Below are positions 32,742-44,900 of a stretch of 64,000 nucleotides of DNA, piece after piece. This DNA comes from Amphiscolops sp. MND2022 (lineage: Eukaryota). Position 1 is the first letter of the stretch; every line of letters begins with the position of its first letter. The DNA is taken from contig OZ076411.1 in the NCBI GenBank assembly GCA_964187785.1, positions 66,588,001 to 66,652,000 of the forward strand. Direction: 5' to 3'. The notes beneath the pieces were generated by a model that was not told the DNA's origin, made no database searches, and saw only the letters and a list, made by a program, of their open reading frames with translations. The translations under genes and the position numbers were made by a program.

Positions 32742-33870
32742 GCATTACTTTTAGTGCTGGGTTTACGCTTTCGGTTGAGTTATTACCGTCTTCCATATTA
32801 GCTAAGACTAAGTTTTTCATTGTTTGTACTGCTCTTTCAACTGATCCTTTTCCGGTATGCATTCGGGGGGTGGGCAATACAGGATTTCTATATTTTGGGC
32901 ATTTACAATATTCTTTGTATTCAGTCGAAATGAATGCCCCCTTTATAAGATTCAATTTTTTCTGGAATACCGTATTATTTAAACTGATTTGATAAGAAAC
33001 TTATGACTTTTCCGGTAAAATCTATTTGTAATTCTTGTCCGGGTTCGGATAGTTTCCCTAATATTCCGTATTGCTTTTTGGAATTTGATATTTAAGGTTC
33101 TTACCTGTGGCTGAGCAGGCCGTGCAGTCCTATACTTTCTGTTCAATGTCCTTCCGCATTTCCGACCACCAGAAGATCTTTGCCTCGGATAGCATTTTGG
33201 TTGTCCCAGAGTGAGCGAAATGTAGAATTTCATTTAATTTTTTTCGTCGATGGGGACGCCACTATGATCGTCTACAAAGACTGAACCCCACCGAATTGAA
33301 AGCTTGTCGAAGACCGCTCTATATCCTTCCGGAGCGGTATCTCTTTCTTCTCTCCTCATGCTGGCTCTTACTTGTGTCATTTCCGGATCAATAGCCGTTT
33401 TTGAGGTAAGAATTTTCAAGTCTAGCATGAAGTTGAATTCCGCTTTCTTTATGTTCTCCTCCGTTATCTTTTTGTTTTCGATGAGGTTTCCCACTATGTG
33501 GATTATTTGGATATAGTGAGCTTCCTTGCCTTCTGTGTGATATTTGCTGAGATCGACGATCGGCAGATTATCGCCCCGCATTATCACGCTGTCTTCTTCG
33601 GTGTCTACCGTATTTTGTTCAGTGTGTGATTCTCCTTCTTCCGGTGTTTCCGGTTCTTCCTCTTCTTCGTCTTGTATTGGGCTGTATCCCCCGCCTATCC
33701 GGTTTGCTCTTTGTGTGAGCTCGGCGTCTATTTCCGCAATTTCTTCCAGGTTTCTTTTGTTTGGTCATGACGGGGCAAAAATTGACCTTTGTGATTGCGA
33801 ATCGTATCGTCTCCGCATTGTTCCGGGTCTTGCTAGAGCTTCTCTCGTTGTCTGATATCTTTTCGAAACA
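32742..33870 (-). mobile_element. pol: Gypsy pol fragment (RNase H-integrase linker, HHCC, integrase core), the 5' half of the interrupted element
   Basis: TAIDPEMTQVRASM...FDKLSIRWGSVFVDD; LHFAHSGTTKMLSEAKIFWW...DCTAC; GAFISTEY; GKGSVERAVQTMKNL...SVNPALKVM ending at the TIR. Confidence 0.88.
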
Positions 33871-34699
33871 CTACCGGTAGCTACACAATGGTATTTCTGA
33901 TTGAAGTATATTTTCGGAAAGGGTCGAAAATTGGGACTAGGTTGTCGAAAATAAAGAAAGTTCGGAAATTTTGACACCTTTGTTGTAAACTCGATGAACT
34001 TCGTCCCATTTTTCCCCATTTGCAGTATGAATATCTTATTGTTTCAACGTTCAGGTCAATTGAAGTTCTATTCTTCAAAAACTTTTGTGGTATGATCAAA
34101 AATTGGGATTAGTTGGTCAAACAACCTGCTTTTTTGTTGTTTCACGGATTTTTGGGAATTTTCAAGTCATTTCCATAAAACAAAATGCAAGCGTCGCTCC
34201 AAAAATGCCCACTGGAGATAACCAAATTAGTCATTGTGAAGTTTTTCAAACCGTATTATGCAAGGAAATAGCTCAAAAATTGTACAGAAAACTGCCTAAA
34301 ATAGTTTTAGAACTTGAAAATTCTGTTTTTCCAAAATTTGGGTCTTTCCAAGGAAACTTTGACCAAGCTATTTTTTGAAAAACGTGTGTCGGACCTAGTT
34401 GTATCATCTGGAGCTTTTGGAAGCTTTTACTTTACTGAAATCTTTCAAGCTCAACTAAAATTTCACAGAAAATGACGGAAGTCGACAAACTTTTCAACAT
34501 TTTTCACTTTTAGCGGTCAATTTTGTGTCATTTTCCAACAGAAGTCTGCAAATATTCCTTTAAAAGCATACTGGGTTATGAATTCATGCTTCGTTGAAAG
34601 CTTGCTAACATTCTGACTCCAAAACGACTCAAAAAATAAACAATTTGCACAAAAAGGAAGATGTTGATATTTTTCGACTGCTTTCGAGTCATTCTGAAT

Positions 34700-35860
34700 T
34701 GTTTTTGCAGCAAAACGCTACAACTTTCTTTTCAAAACATGTAAAGCAAAGCTCGCTTTTTCGTTATTGAGTTGATTGTGTTGGAACTTAGAACGAAATC
34801 TTTCGGAAAATGGACAGAAAAGACATCGAAAACGACAAAAACTTATAACGAAAGCTCAATGAAACAACACTTTTGCCCATGCCTTAGGCTTTTTACCATT
34901 CTAGTCGACGAAGTCTATCTATATTTTGACAAAAATTGAACAAAAATAGTGAAAATCAGAAACTTTTCGAAAATTTTTCTTTTCCGATGTCAATTCCAGA
35001 GAATTTTCGTTTGAAAGACTGAATTTGTCTCCTTTTCTAAGCATACTTGATAACGTATTCTTCCCTTGTTGACCCTTTTTACTGTTCCAGTTGACGAAGT
35101 CTGTCAAAAATAAAAAAAAAGATAAAACCTTTGAAAAATGGAAAATTTTGGGATTCTTGTCTTTTTCGGTGCCAATTTCAGACATTTTCATTAAAACATT
35201 GCAATTACCTCGTCGAAAAGAACTACTGGTCAACCAACTTTTCCTTTGTTGACCCTTTAAATCTTTCCAATCCACGAAGTCTGTCGCAACCTTAACAAAA
35301 AATGCAAAAACTTTGACAATTCAAACTTTTCTTAGATTTTTGTCATTTTTGGTGTCAATTTGAAACATATTCACAGAGAAAATTGCAATTAAGTCTTCGG
35401 AAAAGCCTACTTGACAACATATTCTTTCCAGGTTGACCTTTTTCAACGTTCGAATCCACAAAGCCCGTCGAATATTTTGGGAGAACTGCATAAAACCTTT
35501 GAAAATTGGAAAGTTTTGGGAATTTTGTCATTTTCAGTGTCAACTTGAGACATTTTCATTTCGAAAACAGCAACTGTCTCTTCCGGGAAGCCTTCTGGAC
35601 AACGAATTAGTGCCATGTTGAGCATTTTCAGCATTCTAATCCAAGAAGTCTTTCGAAAATATGACAAAAATTGCATAAAAACGTTAAAAATCGGGAATTT
35701 TTTGGTTTGTCATTTTTGGGTCTTTTTCTCTCCTAATGAACGCACTCATATCTTCACGAACGACTACTGGACAACAACGCCTTGCGTTTTTGAACCTTTT
35801 CATCATGCTAATCCATTACATTTATCGAAAAAAATGACAAAAATTGAAATAAAACGTTAA
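34700..35860. repeat. Degenerate tandem repeat, period about 185 bp, about 6 units
   Basis: The anchor (a/g)tc(c/g)acgaagtct...aaaa recurs near 34900, 35090, 35270, 35455, 35635 and 35810. Confidence 0.65.
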
Positions 35861-38800
35861 AAAAATTTGGGGTCAATTTTGGGTCCTTGGGGTCAACTAA
35901 AAAAGTCCAGAAATCTCCACAAATACAAATCGCACGAAGCTAAATTGATGTGAGTTGAATTCTTTGGGTAACACCCTTAGAGTTAAATATAAATTTGGTG
36001 CTTGGCAAATTTTGTAAAAAAAAACAGTTTCAGTTAAATATTTTTCTTTCCCATATGAAATATGGGCGGAAAATAAAAACTTTCAGATCAGTAGAGCTAC
36101 TTTTATTTGACATCATTCCTTGATTTTTCAAACTATGGTTTCTTGAATTGTTTTTTGTCTTCTTCAAAGTGTCTGGTTACACTCTACGAAAATAATCGAA
36201 ATACCACTTTTCCTTTTGTATTTGATCATCCACAGTAGAAAGTCTCACAGAAATGCGTGTTTTTACACATTCCTTTTTGTCCACTGGCTACTAGTGACTT
36301 CTCAGATTTTGTTGTCAAACATTAGAAGGGATGTTATTTTTTCCACCATCACCTTCAAAACTTTTAATCGTTTCTTGCAAATTGGGACGTTTTGATTGGA
36401 GGTACCTGATTTCAGAAGGAAAAAAACATGAAAACTTTTTACCACTTCAACTTTGTCACCGTGTCTCTCAAGTTTCGGTTCCCAAAAAAACAAGCATTTG
36501 AGTTGAGTTGTAAATTCTTCAATCCAGCAAAGCGAAGATTGGTTAACAAACCCGCCAGATGACAACGAACGTTTTACAACTAATCGACAACGAACGTTTT
36601 ACATTATTCGGGAAACTATTTTGTTTTAGGATTTCGAGAGTGTCGGGAAATCCTCTAGCAAATACAGCCAATTGAGAATTTCCAAACAAACTTCGCAGGT
36701 CAACCTGCACACTTGCGAAGCGGTTTTTTCAAAGCAATGGAGCTGAGAAAGAACGCAAGGCTTATAACCTCGAGTGCGTAGTTTCTGAACCACTATTCCA
36801 TTTCAGCCACTGATTGGCTTTGTTTGGAAATTCGTTGCTTCGAAGTGTTCTAAATTTAAAACGCAGAAATGTTCATCAGGCGTACACTCCATGCAATTAT
36901 TTTTTTCAGAACCACTTTCAAAGCCACCGAAAAAACGGAGATTTTTGTTCTCTCCATTTTTGCTTACGTGCGGCAGACGTGTAGCTCAGGTTTCTCGAAG
37001 TGAGCAAAATTTGATTACTTTGTTGACTAATTTTTCAGTAAACGTACGTGCGTTTGAACTGAGAGAAAAAATTCCGAAGGAAGCAGATATAAAAGACTTG
37101 AAAAGATGCGCAATTAGTTTCTCCGCCAAATTATTGAACTGGCTGTTTTCTGTATCAGATTTCTCTCTAAACGTCCGATATTTTTTGTAATGGAACACTT
37201 GCGTTATTGTAGTAGATGTTCAAAAGCGCTCATATTGGTGAACAATGTCCGGAAAAGGTTTCCTCTACGACAAAATGACCAGTCTCTGTAGACTTCAGAA
37301 AAACGTTCACAAACAGAACTTGTCGGCCTTACCACGACCACCTTCAAGCAAGCATAGTATAACTGCATGACAAATAGGAAATCTGTCTGAAAAGATGACG
37401 ACCTGTCTATTCAGAGTGAAAATACAGAAATACTTTACATCTCCAAAAAATAAATGGTCTAACTGAAGAAAAACAAGATCCAGGTTATGCGTTGCATTTT
37501 CGTTTTGACTTGCATTTGACTTGAATGTGTCGTTTTCACTCGGTTTTTGTCTTTTGTACCTGATAAATCTTTTACGTTGTCGAATTCACTTTTTCAAGGA
37601 AGCTGATTTAAGTAAATAAAGCTCAGAAACTGATTCCAAGTTATTGGTGTCTGAAGCACCTATGGCAGCATTACTAGAGAAGGCAAAATGTTTGATTTCC
37701 CAACTATTGGTCAATTTTACCAGAATGTTTTTGAACAGAAGGTACGAAACCTTTTAAAGTTAACCGAAAATTCTTTTTTGTATAGTTTTACTCGTTAGTT
37801 CCGAAGAAAAACAACATTAACACCTGCAAAGTTTGTGAAAAGTGATTCAGCGTGACACTGGAAAAAAATCAAGTCAATGTCTCGGTACATGGGTGCTTGG
37901 GAGCAATAAGATGATCAAAAGCGAGACATTTTTCAATCGTTTCACTGAAAAAGTTCGCCTACTTATAGATAAAAGTCCTTAAAATGCGAATGGTAAATAC
38001 ACATTATGTATTGAATTGAGAGACGGAATTGACAATATGATGAGATGGCGAGCAAAGATAAAAATATGAAGAGGAAGCGACGTCTTCGGCTTTTTATCTA
38101 GGTGTATGTTAGGTAACCCGGATGGAGGAAATTTCCATAGTTTCGTAGTTATAATTATCAAACGATGTCATGATAAAATGTGACGGTATTTTTATTTCAA
38201 AGATTTTTCAAAACAGTAGCTAATACATGAATATTCAGGTGCAACATCTGAGCCCGTTGAATAAGAACTCAATAAAGATAAACTCATGTCAGCAGTATCT
38301 ACCACGAAGTCTCTTCCATAGATCTCGAATCTCCTCTGAGCGCATGCTGTTTACTGTTTCTTAGGTTGCGAAAATTTAGTTTTGGACCGTACATGTTGAA
38401 ATTTATGGCAATTTCCACAAGCATAGGAATTCGATTCGCGAATCTTTCTGAATGTCTGTAGAAAATTTTTCAGGATACGAGATAGGCGAATTATCATACA
38501 TTGTTTCAAAAACATCATAAACCGAATTGAAAACCTGGACGGCAAAGACATTTCATGTAATGGATTTAAAAAATCGGTTCTAGCTGTTGACCTCCGTTTC
38601 GATACTTTGGGAACCTGGTATGCATTTTCATTTCGCAGGGTTCGGTCGTTGGACCTGTGATGTTATTATCTACATTCTTAAAGATCTTTCTCGATAAGTT
38701 ATGTGAAACTGCGTCAGTTAATCGCTAAGAGTTCAGTAAAAGAGACTTAATGTCCTCTGGGTGTTTTTCATGGTAACCTGCATGCAATTTTTTCCGCCAG

Positions 38801-38986
38801 TGGGTCTCTAGGCTGTCGAAGTTTCAAAAGTTTAAACAGGAGCTTTCTATTTAAAATAAAATGCAAAGAGCATTTTGGTCATGGATAAGATACAAAATTA
38901 GCACCTTTACGACTAAGTAAGTGGCAGGTATCTTGACTCAAACTAGCTCATCAGACTATGAAGCTTTTCGGTGGTCGGCGACCTGT

Positions 38987-41900
38987 TCAGTAGGGGGCAT
39001 TAGGACTGCTGAACTTGCTCTTCTTAAATTTACCAGGCCCGCTGTTATGATTGTTGTTACCATGGTTGGAGTAGTTATGTGGTCTGCCCCTGTTATTGTT
39101 GGACCATTTGTTCTGCCCCATGGGGTATCTTGGCGTATTTCTCGGGTTATTACCCGACTGTGACCCGAAATTTGGGTCATTGTGGTTGTTTTTCATTTGC
39201 TTATAATTATTGCCGTAATTATTGTTTTGGTAGATGTTGTTATTATTGTGGAAAGTCGACGTTCTTTGCATCGTTTTTTGATACTGAGGCCCTGATAAGT
39301 TTTTATGCATTTCATGATTGTTTGGCAAAGGGTGATAGTCTGAGCTAGCTGTGTTCCCATTGGCTGACGAGTAATGACGCGATGACGTCATGTTTTTGTC
39401 TTGATGATCCTGATATGATGAGTGATGATGACTGCCGCTGAATGAAGACAAGTTGTCGTGATCCGACGACGAGATGTTGTAGTCGTGAGACATTGCACGG
39501 GCAGCTGCGTCGGAGCCAGTGATGGGAGGATGACCGCTGTTGAGCTGATGAGGTGTGTGGGGGTTGAATAAATGGGAATTGCCACCGGTAGCACCTCTGT
39601 GTGAGTTGGAAAAATCCTGTTTCATGATATGCGACTGGCTTCCCTGCAACATCAAGAAACCAACATATTAAAAAAAACTAAGAGAAAACTATCTGCCAAA
39701 CAAGCAGACAATAAAAAGTAAATGATAGAAAATTTCAACAGGCTAATGTCCGGCGCGGAGATTCACGGAACATTTGAAGTTTTCATGAAATTTAAAAACC
39801 TCATCGGTGTCCATATTTTGTCAGGAGAAAAGTATACTTTGTTTTCAAACATGCAGAAGAGCTTCTATTATGAGCTAAAGTGAATTGCATAAATTATCGT
39901 TGAAAACCACGATTAGTATTATAACAAATGATAATTTACCCTGGAACTTCAGGGATTGGCCATAACTAGATCATGTATAACCTAAGAGCCATGGTCATCC
40001 ATGATTGTTAATTAAACTAGAAGTAATAGGCGGAAAGATTCATGATGATTCACGGCATTCTACGAACAATGCATGACAACCGTTGACATTTTTAGAAAGG
40101 TTCATTGAACTCTAACTCCGTTCATTTTTAGATTAGAGGTAATTGAAAAAACTAGATTCAAAGGTACAGGTACTTGATTCCAATTTTGTTCCATTTTCAT
40201 CTACAATTTTTCAACGGAGTCTTCAAAATTAGTTTACTTCAAGCGTTGTCTTCCTCAAAGCAGATACCGAATAAGTAACACGTCATAAAGAGCTGCATAG
40301 TACGACAAATATATTTTTTGCTTAAAATCAGAAATCTATTTTGTGATACATTGATATGTGGGAAAAAAGCCTCCACCTTGATGATTTTGCTGAAAAGTTC
40401 AGAAATTGACACCTATAAAAATAAAAACTAACTAACTCAATTGATGAGAAAAAAGAATACAATGAAATTTTTTATCTAAACTTGTATACACATATGCTGT
40501 TAAAGCAAGTATGCACGAGTGGACCTTGTTGCTTTATCATTCAAAATGTCTCACACAAAAAGGAACCTAGCAGCAGTATAGAAAAGAGAAGATAATAAAA
40601 GGTCGGTGAGCGGAAACAGTATAGATTCTTTCCTTCAGTGTCCGGGCATATCAAACAAATTTTGTTTTCCTATATTGATGAAAAAATTGACCAAATGAGC
40701 TTCCTATTCTAATAAATATTTTCGGCAAAAACAAAAAATAATCGTAAAGCTGAACAAAAGTAAAATACTAACAAGTCTCTATCAAGAGAAAAATTCAAAT
40801 CGTGGGGCCTTAATCGAACTCGAAATCTATTGGGAACTCTCTACTGGAAAACTAATTGATCTATTGTCCATTTTTTGTAAAGCGTGAAATTAAAAAAGGC
40901 TAGAAATATTTAAAATGCCTTCAAGATTAAATCAATCTGAACCCTCATCGGTAATGAAATGTTCTCATTTCTATTGATCCCCTGATACAAAGGGTGTACT
41001 AATGGATGATTCATCGGTTACAGGATTTTTATAATGTTTCCTCTCAACGAAATCTTTGAGTGAATAGAGCGCCTCTCATGTGTAAATTCAATCTTTTCAT
41101 GCAACAACTTCAACATTTAACTTGGTTTCAAAAGTGATAAGAATTTCAGAAAATTTCTGTGTGTTGCATGATTTTCATAGTAGTGATCTCCGAAGTGTTT
41201 TCTGGACTCATTCAATGGCACTTTACGGTATCGATCGGAATCTCAGAACAGAATATTTACCATCAAATGGACATTTCTCAATGTAAACAATGAACTTCAG
41301 GTTTTCCTCCATCCATTTGTTAGCATTCCCTGTGCCAGTTAAAACTGTTCAAGGAGTCGAGAAAAGATTGAAAAATTCGTTTTTACTTTTTTTCACTTTT
41401 TAACCTCATCATTGCTCCTACAGTCTTTTGATCAAACTTTGACTTTTTCAGAATAAAAAAGATTGAAAACCGACAACTTTGATAAACGAGGTTTCAAACT
41501 TTATGCCAAATTTTGAGCTAAAAATATGGAAAAATCATTGCAGTGTCTTGCAAGGTTTCCACCGTAAAAAATGTAGCATATCATTAATGCTGCAATATTT
41601 TTTCTTCAGTATCATTTTCAGTGAGCGTTATACTACGAGAGAAAAGGTTTAACTTTTAATCGCGTCTAATTCTAGGTTTGCATTCAAACTAACTTTTCCT
41701 GTATCGATTTGACTACAAATCGTATAGTAAAAATGTTAGAAGTAAAAATACCCACAACACGCAATTTCATCTTGAAATTCAAGTACACAGGGTTCTCATT
41801 AGAATTAATCGAGGTACATGGTATCTACTGGAGAAAGGAAATTTGACAGAAAAATACCATGTGCACTAAAATGCAACTGAACGGATTTACTTTTAATACA

Positions 41901-44900
41901 AAACTTCTTGCTCTGAACAGCTGACTCGTCTCTACCGTCTCATTCTAATTGCGAATTCGACGAAAACAAGCGATAAGCATGCGAGCAAGCCTGCCTATTC
42001 GGACGCTTTCTGGAACATTTGACTGAAAGAGTATGCACCGGCCTTGAATATTCACGCAGTGATCTACGCAGTCTGACAGACAACTGAAAACCGGAGATCC
42101 TGTTTGGATCGTAGAAGCCATAAGTCCGAGAGGCTACTACCCTCTTACACGTGCTGTCAAACTTAACTTCGGCAGCGATGCCGTCGCCCTCTCTGCTGAA
42201 GTTAGAACCACGTACCGAAATTGTCCACCCGGTCGTGAAATTAACCCCCGTTCTTCCTTCTCCCGATTCAAATGATTTAAATGTACCCGTATCATTTGTA
42301 CTTTGACAGTTCAGCCACTTGTATCTTCAAGAAACATCTATCATGCAATCCGTGCTTAAGGTTGATGCCCATCAAAAAAACTTTTAAAAAAAACGAGAAA
42401 AGTGTTTTGTTTCGACAATGAAACCTTCATATTCGTGATCCCGGGGGATGTTGCGATAGAAGATAAGAACAAATTAACAGGCCGCGTCAGTACAGTCGGT
42501 AGAGCGCCGGCCTTTGAATATCAAGAAACCGTTAAAACACAGTCATTTCGATGAAAAAGTATTTTTACCAAAATATATCGCTGAAAATTAATCACCCTAT
42601 TTCATCGAATACAGGCCGCGGCTTGTAAGTTTTTTCCATAGTGATTTCGCGGCCTATATTCGAAGAAATATTGTAACCTTTGGTTTTTGGGATAAAACTT
42701 TCATGCTTGATGCGACTTCTAATCGGGGGCGGCCTATATTCGGGGACGACTTCTATTCGAAGTAATACGGTACCTGATAAATAATAACTGCGAAAAAGTT
42801 CATAAAACGGTCTCGCTAGCTATTGGTGTCAGTGTTCATTTTTCCTTACTATTTGTAACTTTTCTTTTTTTGAATGGACGATTAAATTCAAATACTTTTC
42901 AAATATATTTGCCTCATTTTGTCACTGTTTACAGCCGTATTTAGATATTCGAAAGACATATATTGAACTCTTTTGCTTAGTCTCAACTGATAATCTAGCT
43001 TTTCTAAGAAAAGTACTATCCGGCTCTTTTGAATTTTTTTCGACCAACGTTTTCCCCAAAAATTTTCTATTGTTAGGAAAATTCAAAAAAAATCGAATCG
43101 TGTTCAAAAAGTCTAAGGCGGCCGAAAACACAACCTTTTTGATACAAACGTTTCGAAAATACTAATCAGAGACCTTGTATTTTATGGGAGAGTTGACAAA
43201 GTGTTCTATGAAATCTCCGCGAAAAAAAAAACAAATCCCGGCTTCAACAGGATCCCAGCCTGTGTGTTTACAGTTGTAAATCTAAACTCGCCGATAGAGC
43301 ATCACTTCACTTCATCACAAGCTGAAAGTTATAAAAAAATTTCATGGGTGATTTTTTCGTCAGTCTGTGGGGTCTTTAAAAAACTCAGACGAGTCTGCTT
43401 ATTCAAAAAACGTCGACTAAAACACAACATCTCAAATTTCTTACATGCTGCACGTTTGCATACAGGGTAACTTTCATTATCACGGAATCTTTCAGGAATC
43501 TTTCTTTGGAAACTTTTGTAAGACTACAGCAGTTTCCACTTTTGGATAGAAAATGGAAAACATTTTCCAGTATTGATCTGTTATTTTTGTTATCCAAACA
43601 GGAAGAATTTTCTCCAGGTTTAAAATTTATAACTTGACTTGAAATTCTTTCCATTGAAATTGTGATTATTTTAATGTCGCGTTTTCCGAGGCCTTCGTGT
43701 TTTTCTTGCTTTTCGAAATATTCTAACAGCTTTTTTATGGGATTTCATGAGTAGTATATGATCTCCGGAAAACTTTGAGTCACATCGATTTTTTGGCAAA
43801 AATAACACTTGAAAACTGTTCTCAATTCAATTGTTTCCGAGACATTCCCGTAATATTCGCCATTTTTCCGATTGCTTAATATCAATAGCACTTACGAAGA
43901 TCTCTGAAATAGCTTTTATGAAAACTACAGGAAATGTTTGGGCAACACAGGCTGTTTGCCCTAAATATAACAAATTTTCACAGAATCTATGTTTTTTATT
44001 GGATCTATATATGAAACGAGTACCGCCAGTATCGTTCATTTACACCGTGTACAGACAAAAGATCCCTTTTATTCAGCCATAAGCGCCCTGTCAAAAGCGG
44101 CCCAATGCGAAGCGCCTCGTTTATGTTCGAGTAGAACTATTCCGCCTTCAATTAACTGATCGGGATTGAATGCTCAGAATAAATTCAATACCTGTGGTAT
44201 AATCCAAATTGTCATTTTCACACCTAATATTTCATACTTTAAAACCATTGAAACTGTTAATTTCGGAAGTTCGGAAAAATTCTATATGGATTTCTTAATG
44301 GAGACACTTAATGCACTTAATGAGCGTGATATTGCGCTCTGAAAATATTCCTCCACCAGAATGAGTGCCTTTAGTTTTTTGATACCCTAATGTAAATTTT
44401 GTGGAGAAAAAAACGGATCAAAACTAATTTGGTGTAATTGGGTCGAAGTTCTCAAAAAACCGAGCATATTTTATCAAAATACGCAGCCTAAAACAAATTC
44501 CACGTCCTCACAATTGATTCAGAAAGCAGAAAAAATCCAAATCAAATCATTTTGGAGGAAAAAATGAAGTCAAGTAAATCAAAATCATAACCTACACTTA
44601 CCACGAGATCCGATTACGAGAATATAATCAATCACTTTGAAACTGCTTTAAGTGACGAACTGTCGCTTGAAACATGTTGTCGCTGTGTCAACATGGCGAA
44701 AACTCACCAAACTGAGAAGGTGACAACTCATATCAAGCGACAACTCATCAACTTTAACTTGAAACACAAACAATATCTCAGGAACAGTAGTGATTCTAGA
44801 AGAAGCAACATAGCAACATTGGAAAGCAAATAAACAAATATCATTGGCTGATCAAGGTCTCACGCGCTCATTTCATTGGTCGAGAGCGATTTCCAATACA

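Noticed and set aside
36200-37440. Possible Penelope-like or other coding remnant
   Set aside because: The coding-like stretches have no motif I could confirm (no RT or GIY-YIG signature).
41160-41340. Extra NABP exon (GNANKWMEENLKFIVYIEKCPFDGK...)
   Set aside because: It has a plausible acceptor but no convincing in-phase donor and no recognisable homology.
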